From the NCBI GenBank assembly GCA_041640715.1, contig JBEPZU010000002.1:7198-71197 (forward strand): a DNA stretch of 64,000 bases, in the 5' to 3' direction. A program made the position numbers and the translations under genes. Below the pieces are notes generated by a model. That model did no database searches, was not told the DNA's origin, and worked only from the letters and a program-made list of their open reading frames with translations. Positions 8,915 to 19,473 of this stretch are shown piece by piece (within the stretch, counting starts at the first letter, position 1; the number at the start of each line of letters is the position of its first letter). The stretch comes from Thermoproteota archaeon (GTDB taxonomy: Archaea > Thermoproteota > Thermoprotei > Gearchaeales > Gearchaeaceae).

Positions 8915-9625
8915 ATGAGCGAGAAAAAAGAAGTAAAGTTGATAGTTGATAGGTTTGATCCAGAATCAAATAAAGTTTACAAAAGCGAATACGTAGTTAC
9001 AGCGGAATCTGATACAATGGTTTTAGATGCGTTAATATACATAAAAGAAAACATAGATAGGACTTTGAGTTTCAGATATTCTTGCAGGATGGCTTCATGC
9101 GGAAGTTGTGGAATGGTAATAAATGGAGTGCCCAGATTGGCTTGTCAGACTAAGCTCTTAGATCTTGAAGAACCTGTAAGAATAGAACCGCTTTATAATT
9201 TCACAGTAATAAGAGATCTCGTTGTTGATTTCGACGTTTTCTTAGATCATCTTAAGGAAATTAAGCCTTATGTGATAAGAAAGGAAGAGGTCAAAGAAGT
9301 CATCATGAAACAGGAGGAGGTTGATGTAATAATCAACGCTAGCTCTTGTATAAACTGCATGTTATGCTATGCCGCTTGTCCAGTATTCGGTAGTGATGAA
9401 AAATTCAAGGGTCCTGCTGCTTTAGCGATATTATATAGATATTTAATGTATCCTTTAGATCAAGCCAAAGAAGAAAGGTTTAAAATAGCTAGCGATAAGG
9501 ATGGTGTATGGAAATGCACTTTCATGGGCGAATGTAGCTTAGTTTGTCCTAAAGGCGTAGATCCTGCTTTTCATATACAAAGACTTAAATTGATGACTTC
9601 TTTGTCTTCTTTATTTAAGCTATGA
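8915..9625 (+). CDS. frdB: Fumarate reductase/succinate dehydrogenase Fe-S subunit
   Basis: SCRMASCGSC..LAC [2Fe-2S]; CINCMLCYAACP; CTFMGECSLVCP. Confidence 0.95.
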   Translation: MSEKKEVKLIVDRFDPESNKVYKSEYVVTAESDTMVLDALIYIKENIDRTLSFRYSCRMASCGSCGMVINGVPRLACQTKLLDLEEPVRIEPLYNFTVIRDLVVDFDVFLDHLKEIKPYVIRKEEVKEVIMKQEEVDVIINASSCINCMLCYAACPVFGSDEKFKGPAALAILYRYLMYPLDQAKEERFKIASDKDGVWKCTFMGECSLVCPKGVDPAFHIQRLKLMTSLSSLFKL

Positions 9626-9948
9626 AGAGAAAGGTAGGATATTTTAGGCATCCTAGATATACGTTCAAACTAGTAAGAGAATTTTCAAGCTTCATAATAG
9701 CTTTGTATGCGCTATTTTTACTCTATAGGCTTTATACCAATTCCTTATATCCTTCTACATTTCAAATCATAGTGGCAAGCATCGCGTTATTCTTCGCTCT
9801 ATATCATACATTAACTTGGCTGTACTTATTACCTAAGATTTCTAAGATTAAAATAGGAGGTCGCGTTCTAGGAGACGTTACAGTGTTTCTGATAAGCATC
9901 ATGGTTTGGATTTTAATATCTTTATTGATCATCCTTCTATTGATATGA
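9622..9948 (+). CDS. frdC: Fumarate reductase membrane anchor, FrdC-like
   Basis: 3 TM; Y.F..vRE and HTLTWLYLLPK resemble E. coli FrdC (FYMLRE, HTKTWFELAPK). Confidence 0.8.
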   Translation: MKRKVGYFRHPRYTFKLVREFSSFIIALYALFLLYRLYTNSLYPSTFQIIVASIALFFALYHTLTWLYLLPKISKIKIGGRVLGDVTVFLISIMVWILISLLIILLLI

Positions 9949-10274
9949 GCAAGCTGCATGCATTTAGTTGGTTATTATTTGCGGCGACCGCTTTCATCGC
10001 GGCTTTATTATTTCCTGTTACGATATTTTATTTTGATTTCTCTTACTATCTGGGTTTTGATCAAAGTAAAATAATAAATCAGATAAGCAGTAGCGTATTG
10101 CTTAAAATTCTATTCTTCATAATAATAGGTTCGACAATATATCATGGTTTTTATAGAGCGAAAGCGGTGATGAGAGAAATTGCGACTAAACATGAGGACT
10201 TAATAGAGATTTCCTTCTTAGCTATTGCAATAATACTAGTAATTCTCGCTTTATTTGTAATTATTCTAATTTAA
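9945..10274 (+). CDS. frdD: Fumarate reductase membrane anchor, FrdD-like
   Basis: Start at 9945 (ATGA overlap with frdC). FSWLLFAATAFIAALLFPV and YHGFYR resemble FrdD (FWGLFGAGG..SA..PV, WCGLHR). Confidence 0.78.
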   Translation: MSKLHAFSWLLFAATAFIAALLFPVTIFYFDFSYYLGFDQSKIINQISSSVLLKILFFIIIGSTIYHGFYRAKAVMREIATKHEDLIEISFLAIAIILVILALFVIILI

Positions 10275-10279
10275 CTTTT

Positions 10280-11191
10280 TTAGAGATACTTTAGTAAGGG
10301 ATTTTCAGGTTGTAAATTAGATACGATGACTTGCGCACCAAACATTCTTTCTAGTTCTTTGGATATTTCATTGGCTTTTTTATAACTTATTAATCCATGT
10401 AGCGCTCTTCCTATCATATTTTGGCCTACTCCTTTAAATCCTAGTTTTATCATGTATTCAGAAATTTTCTTGAGCTCATCATCTAAGAAGCCGCATTTTT
10501 CCGCGAAAATAAGAGAATATTTTAAAAGAGAATATGCAGTCCCTTCGTCCTTTATTTTCCCCAACAATTCTTCTGCTACAGGATTGATTATTTTTATAAT
10601 TCGTTCAGAAGATATCCATGGTGCTTTCTCCATTCTGGAAAAAACTAAAGATACTAACACATCTTCTTCATCAACCTCAAGTTCCTTAGCTTCAGATAAG
10701 CATGGAGAGCCTGGTTTGTCGAGTAAACCGCTTTTGCCTTTGAATGAAGCCAAACCTGCCACCGTACCTAAACCTGTTAATGCTAATATATCAGCCTCAT
10801 GTGCTATTCCTGTTAACTCACAGTAACTTGCTTTTAAATCGACTAAATTTTTTATTGCGAATACAGCGCCTAGCGCTCCTGAAGCACTGGTACCAAATCC
10901 GCATCCTATAGGCAATTCTATTTTATGATAAATCTTGAATTTCCCTTCTATGGAAAATTTTTTCCTCATTAGTTCTATGACTTTAAAAGTCGTCCTCGCT
11001 TCTTCTTTTACACCGTTTATGAAAACTTCATCTTTTTCTCCATATTCAGCAAATGTATAAGAACCAAGTTCTAATCTAAATCCGCCTCCTCTCGCGCCTT
11101 CTTTTTCTAGTTCTCTACCCTCGTAATGTACTTGGAATATGCTGGAAAGTCCTGCTGGTACGTAAATAATATCAGATTTTTCTTTCTTCAC
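10280..11191 (-). CDS. pok: Archaeal pantoate kinase (GHMP family)
   Basis: VPAGLSSIF, GARGGGF, LPIGCGFGTSA, AHEAD...TGLGTV, GQNMIG; GTG start with GGAG upstream. Confidence 0.88.
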   Translation of the reverse strand: MKKEKSDIIYVPAGLSSIFQVHYEGRELEKEGARGGGFRLELGSYTFAEYGEKDEVFINGVKEEARTTFKVIELMRKKFSIEGKFKIYHKIELPIGCGFGTSASGALGAVFAIKNLVDLKASYCELTGIAHEADILALTGLGTVAGLASFKGKSGLLDKPGSPCLSEAKELEVDEEDVLVSLVFSRMEKAPWISSERIIKIINPVAEELLGKIKDEGTAYSLLKYSLIFAEKCGFLDDELKKISEYMIKLGFKGVGQNMIGRALHGLISYKKANEISKELERMFGAQVIVSNLQPENPLLKYL

Positions 11192-11948
11192 TTCTCCTTA
11201 TAGTGTAAGAACCTATTATTGTAGCTACTATTCCTGCTATTAAGCTTAGTATAACTAATATCATTGGATTAGCTAAAGTTGCTATGAAGTCTCTTAGAGG
11301 GAATCCCACTAAATAAGCGATGATGAATAATATTAGTCCTGCTAAATTAGCACCATTGAGCATGGAAATTCTCCCCTCTGTCCTAAAGTTTACAGCCAAT
11401 CCTGCGATGGGTGAGAGATATCTGACCAATATGGGCACCAATATCAAAACGAAGGGTATCATTGTAATTATCCAATATAACATCAAACCTAAACCCAAGG
11501 CTATCCTACTTTCTATTGAAGCCAAAGAAGGTCCGAAAACAATGCCCAAGGAGAACGCTACAGCAAAGCCTGCTATGAAATTACCTATTGTTAGAGATAC
11601 TAAGGATATCCATACGAAATCTCTCCATGTATTGAATTTCTTAATCAAATAACCTAGTGTTAAAAATCCAAAGAAATTAGCAGGGACGCCTGCTACCAAC
11701 GATAATATAGGATTGCTAAGTCCTGCAGGCGTAAGACCTATTATATCTCCTAAGAAGGTACCTATCGCAGCTCCTATGGCTGCTACCCAAGGTCCTCCTA
11801 TAAAAGCGAAGAAAGCAGGTATTACTACAGCGGGCCTGAAATGCCCAACACCCCATGGTGTAGGTATTAAGGTAGCTACTATTCCTGCTGCGTACAAAGC
11901 TGCGCACATTGATGTCAATACTATAAACCTTGTGCTTGGTCTTTTCAT
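11172..11948 (-). CDS. ECF transporter substrate-binding S component with C-terminal extension
   Basis: AALYA, FRPAVVIPAFFAFIGGP..AAIGAAIGTFLGD pattern of S components; multi-TM; 20-nt overlap with pantoate kinase. Confidence 0.75.
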   Translation of the reverse strand: MKRPSTRFIVLTSMCAALYAAGIVATLIPTPWGVGHFRPAVVIPAFFAFIGGPWVAAIGAAIGTFLGDIIGLTPAGLSNPILSLVAGVPANFFGFLTLGYLIKKFNTWRDFVWISLVSLTIGNFIAGFAVAFSLGIVFGPSLASIESRIALGLGLMLYWIITMIPFVLILVPILVRYLSPIAGLAVNFRTEGRISMLNGANLAGLILFIIAYLVGFPLRDFIATLANPMILVILSLIAGIVATIIGSYTIRRSEERKI

Positions 11949-12307
11949 ACGAAAAAGGTAAATGTTAAAATTTTTTATTTTTTTAAGCTAATCCGTTTAA
12001 ATTGTTTAAACAAAAAACTATTCTTTTTCTTGAAGATTGTTTGTGTTTTAGAAAGGGTTACTTAAAATATAACCTTTACTTAACTCTAGATGCTTTTTGA
12101 AATTCATTGATTTCTTCATTTATTTTTAGCTACAAGCTACAGTTATATTATTCGCAAAATAAGCATGCTAGCATTGTTAGATTGGCCAAATAAAACATCT
12201 GGAAATTCAACAAAAGACCAGAAGATTGATTAAATTTAGTGCAGAATCGGCTATATACTACTTCAAAGTGAATAATATCTGAAAATTATTGAACAAGTTT
12301 TCTGAGC

Positions 12308-13861
12308 TCATTTAAAAAGTTCTGCATCTTGAAGGTAGCTCTTGCCTAATTTTAGGGCAATATAAGCTTTTTGAAGTTCAGATCCTAAATAACAAGCATG
12401 ATCTATTTTTGAAATGAGCCCAAGTTCTGCTACTTTCCGATACATAGCAACAGGATCCTTGCCTTTTATTATCAATTTACTTTTTGTCTCTCTGTAAGAT
12501 GGCTTGTAATGGAGAATTATTTCTTTATTATCTCTGTCCAAATATATTTTAAACCAACCTTTAGGGTCTTGAATATAAAACTCGTTGATATTGTTCGCAT
12601 ATATCACTTCTGCATTTTCTTCCTCTTTTCTTTCATCTTTAAGCTTTTTGTCTCTTAAGAAGAGCAAATCTATGCCTAAACCTTTGGGGAACGTTTTCTT
12701 ATGTCTGCTTATGAAGCCTATCTTCTTAGCTATAAAAATCTCCTTTATGACACCTCTAGTCTTATCGCTTGCTTCAGTACTCAGTACAAAAGAAGCGTTT
12801 ATTTCATAAGCAAACATCATCAATAAAGCGTTCATTCCTGCTGTATCTGCATCTATCAGTTCTGTTATATTGCCAGTTCCAATCAGTATAGGTATTCTGG
12901 GCAATTTTTCTCTGAGAATTTTATATGAATAAAGCGAATCCGAGAACGAAGAGGAGAACGGAGGATCAAGTATGACATCTAATATTACATTTTTAATTTT
13001 CCTTTCCTTGGCAATCTCTAGCATCTCTAATAATAGCTCAACTCTCTTCTTAGGTTCTTTTGGGAAATAAGATTGTTCTAAATCTGCGGGTACTAGTACG
13101 TAATGAACTTCATCCTTCACATTCACTTTTTTCAATAAACTCCTATCCAAGCTGATCACCATGTCTATGTTTAGTTCTATAGCCTTGTTTATCTCCTCCA
13201 AATCCATTGAATCAAGGCTTAATGGTACATCAAAACTTTCGCGCAGAATTCTGATCATTTCTTTAATCTTTTCTACTTTACTTTCATTTGCTAGCATTCC
13301 TATGTCTATTACGTCGGCTCCTGAATCGATGAAATACTTTGCTTTCTTCTTTAATTCTTGTTCACTTAATAATGGTGCGTCTACAATTTCGGCTATTATC
13401 CTTATGGGAAAATCTACTCCATACTTGAGATTCCTCATCATGAAATTCCCTTCTTCTGGCAAAGCTTCCTTAGCTTCGACTTTAGCTATTTCCTCGTCTA
13501 TGATTTTCTTAATTTTCTCTTTAGCTATTTCGTCAGCAGGCACTTCTTTAGATAGCTCGTTAATGTCAAAATTATTGAGTATAAAAGGTATGTCATAAGC
13601 ATGCTTAGGTCCTTTAACTACCTTAACTTTTAACTCATTTTCTACTTTTGATAGGTCTCCTTGTATTAGTCCAGGTAATACAATGCATTCAATTTCTTCA
13701 TTAATATAATTCTTTAATTCGCGAATTATATACGAAGGCCTCATCAAACTAGCTACGGGGAAGTTTAAGGCTATAACCTTACATTTCTTGTTGCATTTCT
13801 TAGCTTGTTCTTCAACTAGATTTTTAGCTAATTGACCTGTTACGAGAAGGATTATGCCCAT
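12308..13861 (-). CDS. Dihydropteroate synthase-related protein (archaeal/methanopterin type) with C-terminal DUF4346-like domain
   Basis: LVTGQLA N-terminal domain, IIAEIVDAP, GADVIDIG, SLDS, GTGNITELIDAD..G.N, C-terminal DPKG.F...DHACYLGSEL.KA. Confidence 0.85.
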   Translation of the reverse strand: MGIILLVTGQLAKNLVEEQAKKCNKKCKVIALNFPVASLMRPSYIIRELKNYINEEIECIVLPGLIQGDLSKVENELKVKVVKGPKHAYDIPFILNNFDINELSKEVPADEIAKEKIKKIIDEEIAKVEAKEALPEEGNFMMRNLKYGVDFPIRIIAEIVDAPLLSEQELKKKAKYFIDSGADVIDIGMLANESKVEKIKEMIRILRESFDVPLSLDSMDLEEINKAIELNIDMVISLDRSLLKKVNVKDEVHYVLVPADLEQSYFPKEPKKRVELLLEMLEIAKERKIKNVILDVILDPPFSSSFSDSLYSYKILREKLPRIPILIGTGNITELIDADTAGMNALLMMFAYEINASFVLSTEASDKTRGVIKEIFIAKKIGFISRHKKTFPKGLGIDLLFLRDKKLKDERKEEENAEVIYANNINEFYIQDPKGWFKIYLDRDNKEIILHYKPSYRETKSKLIIKGKDPVAMYRKVAELGLISKIDHACYLGSELQKAYIALKLGKSYLQDAELFK

Positions 13862-13885
13862 TCAGGGTTCAAAAACAATTGAAGG

Positions 13886-14179
13886 CTAGCCGTACCTATA
13901 ACCTATTCCCTTGCCCCACCTAGGATATCTGAAGGCAATATTAGAATATGGACAAACTATTCTACAAGAACCACATTCAACGCAGTTATCGTAGCTAACT
14001 ATTAACCTATCTTCTTCCCATTTATAGACATCTGCAGGACATACCGTTATGCACGGCTTGAGCTTACATTTCAAACATTTTTGATTATCCATTATTACCA
14101 AATGACTTAAATCATCCCTTTTGTATCTAGCTAAAAATAACTTAGCCTCAACATTACTAGCTTTAGCTTGGACTTGCAT
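13886..14179 (-). CDS. fixX: FixX-type ferredoxin
   Basis: SHL, C..C..KPCITVCPA.VY, CVECGSCRIVC, YPRWGKGIGYRYG. Confidence 0.9.
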   Translation of the reverse strand: MQVQAKASNVEAKLFLARYKRDDLSHLVIMDNQKCLKCKLKPCITVCPADVYKWEEDRLIVSYDNCVECGSCRIVCPYSNIAFRYPRWGKGIGYRYG

Positions 14180-14240
14180 ATAGTGTATAATAAATTAAGC
14201 CATAAATAAAGCATTTTTTCGATTTTAATTTAAATTTTTC

Positions 14241-15533
14241 TTAAGGAAATACAAAAGCTCTTATAATACTATAAATATCCCTAAACAAATCTGCTGGCTT
14301 CCTTCTACTAAAAATTATTTTTCTCATTTCCTTTAATTTCAATTCTTTTGGGACACCATCTACAGTATGGATCAACTTTAAGATATCGTTGAGCATATCC
14401 GGATATACATCAAATAACGCTTTGTTATTTCTAAATAATATTGGTACTCTTCTGAATCTCCTAAGATCTCTTAATACAAAACAATTCCTCAACTTTTCTT
14501 CGTATCTTCTAAGCGCATTAACGCTGAAATCTTTAAGTTTATGGGCTTCAACGGCAGTTTCTCCTGCATGTATTCCAGATTCTACCGCGAAGTTTGTACC
14601 TTCCCAGCCTATTACGTTCACCAACATAGCTGCATCTCCTACAACCATAAAGCCATTAGTATAAAGCTTGGGTATTGAATGGTATCCTCCTTCAGGTATT
14701 AAATGCGCAGAATATTCTTTCAACGTACTGTCTTTTATGTAAGGAGCTATTGAAGGATGTCTTTTGAATTCCTCTAACATCTCATTCGGTCTTTTATTCT
14801 TTCTCACGATATCGCTGAGCAGAGCTCCTACACCTATTGACAACGTCTCCCTATTAGTGTATAAAAAGCCACCACCAGTCATACCTTTAACAGGACCGCC
14901 TATTATTGTTGCCGCAATCCCTTCATCAATTCCTAACTTGAAAGTTTCCTCTATCTTGACTCTACCTATTTCTATAACTTCTTTAACCCCTAGCACAACT
15001 TCATGGGGTTTCCACTCTTCATGTAGTCCAAGATCCCTGGCTAAGAGAGAATTAACGCCATCTGCAGCTATAACTATATTTCCGTAAACTTCTCCTCTAT
15101 CGGTTTCGACTCCTGTTACAAATCCTTCTTTGACGATGGGTTTTAAGGCTTGAGTTCTAGTTACGAGTATTGCTCCTGCTTCTTCAGCCTTTTTTGCATA
15201 CCAAGGATCGAATTTGGCTCTTAATGCAGTATACCCGCTTGGATTTTTAGCAAGCCTTTCATCTCTATAAACCAGCTTTATATGTCCTGTATCTGTAAGT
15301 ATCCAGTATTGGTATTCTACGACTTTCCTTTCAAGAGGAGCTTCCTTTACAAAATTGGGTATTAGTTTTTCAAATGCATGTCTTAATAATACACCTCCGA
15401 ACACGTTCTTCTCTCCCGGAATACCACCTCTTTCTATAACTAATGTATTCAAACCAGCGCGAGCAGTAGTTATAGCTGCTGAAATGCCTGCAGGTCCGGC
15501 TCCTACTATTATGACGTCGAATTTTTCAGGCAA
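14241..15533 (-). CDS. fixC: FixC / ETF:quinone oxidoreductase
   Basis: [54 protein letters not shown]. Confidence 0.92.
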   Translation of the reverse strand: MPEKFDVIIVGAGPAGISAAITTARAGLNTLVIERGGIPGEKNVFGGVLLRHAFEKLIPNFVKEAPLERKVVEYQYWILTDTGHIKLVYRDERLAKNPSGYTALRAKFDPWYAKKAEEAGAILVTRTQALKPIVKEGFVTGVETDRGEVYGNIVIAADGVNSLLARDLGLHEEWKPHEVVLGVKEVIEIGRVKIEETFKLGIDEGIAATIIGGPVKGMTGGGFLYTNRETLSIGVGALLSDIVRKNKRPNEMLEEFKRHPSIAPYIKDSTLKEYSAHLIPEGGYHSIPKLYTNGFMVVGDAAMLVNVIGWEGTNFAVESGIHAGETAVEAHKLKDFSVNALRRYEEKLRNCFVLRDLRRFRRVPILFRNNKALFDVYPDMLNDILKLIHTVDGVPKELKLKEMRKIIFSRRKPADLFRDIYSIIRAFVFP

Positions 15534-17397
15534 CTTTAATCACCTTCTTCAAGTCCTCAGAAAGTAAAGGAACTATCTTAAAAAGATCTCCTACTATGCC
15601 GAAGTCTGCAACGTTGAAAATAGGTGCTGTAGGATCTATGTTAATAGCTACGATTATATCTGAGTTTTGAATACCTACTACATGCTGGATTGCACCTGAT
15701 ATACCTATTGCAATGTATAATCTAGGTCTTACAGTCAAACCTGTTTGGCCTATTTGTCTATCCTTAGATATCCATCCTGAATAAACAACCGCTCTTGTAG
15801 CTCCTATTTCAGCGTTTAGTATCTTTGCTAGTTCTTCAATCATAAAAATATTTTTAGGCGAACTTAACCCTTTACCAAAGGAAACTATTATGTTGGCTTC
15901 TTCGAGCTTTGTCTTCTCCTTAGGTATGAATTCTAAAAGTTCGGTATGTATTTTAGATTCATCTATGGGGAATTCTTCTTTAATCAATTCATAATCTTTA
16001 TTGAGCATCATAGGAGGTATTTTAAATACTTTAGGTCTAATGGTGACCATTTGAGGTTTATGCTTGGGGCAAACTATCGTAGACATTTCGTTACCACCGA
16101 AATCTGGCCTTGTAGCTAAAAGCATTCCTGTAGCTGGATCGATGTCCATTTGTGTTACATCTGCAGCTAAGCCAGTAGGTATTAGAGTTGCAACACATCC
16201 TGCCCAATCTCTACCGTTTTGTGTTCCAGGCATCAGCAAGATATCCGGTTTATATTTCAAACAAAGTTGCATGAGGGCAAATGAATAAGGTTCTGTTCTG
16301 TAATGTTCGTATACTTTAGAATCAACATAATATATTTTATCCGCACCATAACTTGCAGCTTCTTCTATTAAATTTTCTACTTTATAACCTACTATCACAG
16401 ATGCGCATTTTACTCCTAAAAGCCTTGACAATCTCCTTGCTTCACCAAGCAGTTCCCAAGAAACCGGGTCTGCTTTACCATACCTATGTTCTACAACACT
16501 CCATACTTCTCCAAAACTTTTAGTTTTATCAAACGCAATTGGTAAAGGCTTAGGTTCTTCATAGACCTCTGAGATCTTAGCACTGAAAGCATTGACCTTG
16601 ATGAGGTTATCTATTAACCATTTAACTGCTTCTTGTTCCTTTCCTCTTCCATCAAATATTTGGCCTTTTTTCCTAGGAGGAGGTGGAAATACCCTTTTAA
16701 CATAAGTAGGAGATCCTCTCAAACCTATTTTATCATCTTCAAGTTTTAAGTCATTTTTATTCCACTTTATGATCTTAGTTCTATAAGCTCTTATTATATC
16801 TGTTATTGTAGGAGTTCTAGGCGTATTTGCTTCTTCGATTATACTTAAGGCTGCAGGCAAACTAGCTTTGACCCTTTCATATCCATCATATACTTTTCTT
16901 CTTGCAATAATGTAACTTTTTTCTAGATTTATTTCTTCGATTTTGTAAGTATATGTAATTATAGGAATTCCAAAGCGAGCGGCTACACCAGGACCCACTT
17001 GACCGGTTTCGCCATCTATAGCTTGTCTTCCAAAGAGTAGCAGAGTGAAGGGGCCATGAATTTCAACTGCCTTTTTTATTGCCATCCAAAGAGTATAGGA
17101 AGTAGCTAGTGTATCTGAACCTGCTAAAGCTCTATCTGAGATATGGTAGGCATTATCTACACCCATTGCTAAAACTTCTCTTAAAGAGCTTTCTGCTTGA
17201 AGAGGTCCCATTGTTAGAGCTGTGATGGTTCCTCCAAATTTTTCCTTAACCTTCAATGCTTCTTCAGTTGCATGGAGATCTGGTGGGTTAGTTATAGCAG
17301 GTACGCCTTCTCGAATTAAGTTATTTGTCTTAGGATCAATTCTCATATCTGCAGAATCAGGAACTTGTTTAATACAAACTATGATGTGCATTCTCAA
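15526..17397 (-). CDS. fixAB: Fused electron transfer flavoprotein beta-alpha (FixA-FixB fusion)
   Basis: N-half [25 protein letters not shown] (EtfB); C-half [42 protein letters not shown] (EtfA); one 623-aa ORF. Confidence 0.92.
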   Translation of the reverse strand: MRMHIIVCIKQVPDSADMRIDPKTNNLIREGVPAITNPPDLHATEEALKVKEKFGGTITALTMGPLQAESSLREVLAMGVDNAYHISDRALAGSDTLATSYTLWMAIKKAVEIHGPFTLLLFGRQAIDGETGQVGPGVAARFGIPIITYTYKIEEINLEKSYIIARRKVYDGYERVKASLPAALSIIEEANTPRTPTITDIIRAYRTKIIKWNKNDLKLEDDKIGLRGSPTYVKRVFPPPPRKKGQIFDGRGKEQEAVKWLIDNLIKVNAFSAKISEVYEEPKPLPIAFDKTKSFGEVWSVVEHRYGKADPVSWELLGEARRLSRLLGVKCASVIVGYKVENLIEEAASYGADKIYYVDSKVYEHYRTEPYSFALMQLCLKYKPDILLMPGTQNGRDWAGCVATLIPTGLAADVTQMDIDPATGMLLATRPDFGGNEMSTIVCPKHKPQMVTIRPKVFKIPPMMLNKDYELIKEEFPIDESKIHTELLEFIPKEKTKLEEANIIVSFGKGLSSPKNIFMIEELAKILNAEIGATRAVVYSGWISKDRQIGQTGLTVRPRLYIAIGISGAIQHVVGIQNSDIIVAINIDPTAPIFNVADFGIVGDLFKIVPLLSEDLKKVIKVA

Positions 17398-17561
17398 TCT
17401 GTTATTTAAAGTGTTATGATTTAAATATTACTAAATTATGAGATGGTTTGGTGCGATTTCTGTTTCTTTAACTCTTGAACGATCAATCAGAATGCCCCTT
17501 CATGAATTTATTCTTTAAATTGCAGTAAGTAAAATTAATATAGAAATAAATTACCTTTCTC

Positions 17562-18797
17562 TTGATGTTTGTAGGAAAGCCTCTATTGCCCGCTTATTTA
17601 GTTAAGCATGAATTCAAGATATACTTGTTTGTTTTGTTTTTATCAAGATTGCTCATTCCCTTAATACTATTCCAGATTGCAAATAATTTTATGTTGTGGC
17701 TTCATAACGTAGCCCTTCTCATGCAATATAAAGGAGTTACAGAAATATGGACCCCTTATCCTTTATTCATGCACTTTTATATATATTTCCTTTACTCGTT
17801 TGCTTCCAGCGACTACATAGCCTTCTCGATGGCGTTTTTCTTTTTCAACGCTCTAGCTGACATCGTAAATGGGGTAATAATATGGAATACCCTAAAGAAT
17901 TCTAAATTCAAATATACTCCTATTATGAGATGGCTTTACGCTTATTCGGTTTTGCCCGTGATGTGGATTTCTTTACAGCTTGCCTTTGAACCATATATCG
18001 TAATGTTAATGTTGCTTTCGATTTACTTCTTGAAATTGAAGAGAATTTCTCTTTCGAGCTACTTTGCTACAGTAGGAGCTTCTCTTAAGTTTTTCCCTAT
18101 ATTGGCTCTCTTTTCTTTTCTTTTAGCAAATAAATCTAAAAAGATATTTTTGCATTCACTTTTCTTCTTACTTTTCTTCAACGGAATTTTATTCCTCAAT
18201 ACGGCAATGTACTTTTCCGGTATTTTTTGGCAGATTAGCAGACCTGCTTGGGGTTCTCTTTTCAGTTTAGCGAGCATTTTCTTAGGAGGTTATTTTTCAA
18301 GTTTTCATTATTTTAAAGATTTCTCGTTAAATAATCAAGGATTAGAACTTATTAAGTATGGAATAATAGGGATAACTCCCGATCCAGTTTTATTAAAAAA
18401 TCTAGTACCTCTTCAATTTTCTTTTTTAAAATTAATATCTATAACATTAATATTTTTTTCAATTATCATTTTTTCTTATTTTTCTATAAAACGAAAATTA
18501 GAACTTGAAAAAATTTTACTTGGAATATTATCATTATTCTTTGTTTTTTCGTTTGGTTTTTCTCCTCAATATATATTATATATTTTTGTGCTTTTGTTTA
18601 TAGTTTTTAAAGGCAAAGAATTTTTATTTTTTATAATATCATTTCAAATAGTTGCTTTTTTAGAATATCCCCTAGTAAATATTTTATATTTTTTAAACTT
18701 TATTCTTTTAAGCGATGCAATTATACTGTTTTATAGCGTAGTCTTTGTTAGATGTTGCCTATTTTTATATATAACATTAACTATTTTGAGAGTGTAA
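17562..18797 (+). CDS. Polytopic membrane protein, probable GT-C fold glycosyltransferase (GT87/DUF2029-like)
   Basis: About 11-12 TM, early-loop TPYP, AFE, LKFFP, SPQY motifs; stop lies 1 nt before the pyrF start. Confidence 0.55.
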   Translation: MMFVGKPLLPAYLVKHEFKIYLFVLFLSRLLIPLILFQIANNFMLWLHNVALLMQYKGVTEIWTPYPLFMHFYIYFLYSFASSDYIAFSMAFFFFNALADIVNGVIIWNTLKNSKFKYTPIMRWLYAYSVLPVMWISLQLAFEPYIVMLMLLSIYFLKLKRISLSSYFATVGASLKFFPILALFSFLLANKSKKIFLHSLFFLLFFNGILFLNTAMYFSGIFWQISRPAWGSLFSLASIFLGGYFSSFHYFKDFSLNNQGLELIKYGIIGITPDPVLLKNLVPLQFSFLKLISITLIFFSIIIFSYFSIKRKLELEKILLGILSLFFVFSFGFSPQYILYIFVLLFIVFKGKEFLFFIISFQIVAFLEYPLVNILYFLNFILLSDAIILFYSVVFVRCCLFLYITLTILRV

Positions 18798-18798
18798 T

Positions 18799-19473
18799 AT
18801 GAATCAAAAATTCATTAGGAAAGTGGAGGATATAAGAAAAATTAAGGATAGTAGAATCATAATTGCTATCGACGAGGAAATTAATATAAATTTAATTGAA
18901 AAAATTGAGAAAAAAGTCGCTGGATTTAAAATAGGTTTAATCCCAATGTTCTATGACTTAGTAGGTGTGAAAAACTTTTGTAAAATTTACAGTGAAGAAT
19001 TTTTACTGATCGCAGATCTTAAGATTGCCGATGTGCCTTTTATTTCTCAGAAGTTGGGTATTTTTATTAGAGAAATGGGATTTGATGCAGTAATAGCTCA
19101 TGCTGTTGTAGGAGAAGACATGTTATCGGTATTAAATAATGAAATACCTACTATAGCTGTTGTTTTAATGACGAATGAAGGATCCAAAATTTTGGATGAA
19201 AATTACAGCAAATTGGTTGATATTTGTAATAAATTAAATCTCGCAGGTATTGTTGCACCTGCTACGAAACCCGCTTTACTTCGAGAGATAAGAAAAATGA
19301 CACGTCATCTAATATTTTCACCCGGTATAGGTGCTCAGGGTGCTCCTTATGGAAGCGCTATAAAAAACGGTGCTGACTACGAGATAATAGGTAGATCGAT
19401 ACTTAAATCTAAAGACCCTTATCTTGAAATAAATAAAGCGCTTGAGATGATGAAACATGATCAAAATAGCTAG
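18799..19473 (+). CDS. pyrF: Orotidine-5'-phosphate decarboxylase
   Basis: AID, GFKIG, ADLKIADVP (DxKxxD), PGIGAQG, IIGRSI. Confidence 0.92.
   Translation: MNQKFIRKVEDIRKIKDSRIIIAIDEEININLIEKIEKKVAGFKIGLIPMFYDLVGVKNFCKIYSEEFLLIADLKIADVPFISQKLGIFIREMGFDAVIAHAVVGEDMLSVLNNEIPTIAVVLMTNEGSKILDENYSKLVDICNKLNLAGIVAPATKPALLREIRKMTRHLIFSPGIGAQGAPYGSAIKNGADYEIIGRSILKSKDPYLEINKALEMMKHDQNS

Noticed and set aside
11949-12307. Long intergenic gap containing the palindrome ATGCTAGCAT
   Set aside because: A single short palindrome with no ORF, repeat or RNA motif; consistent with chance.
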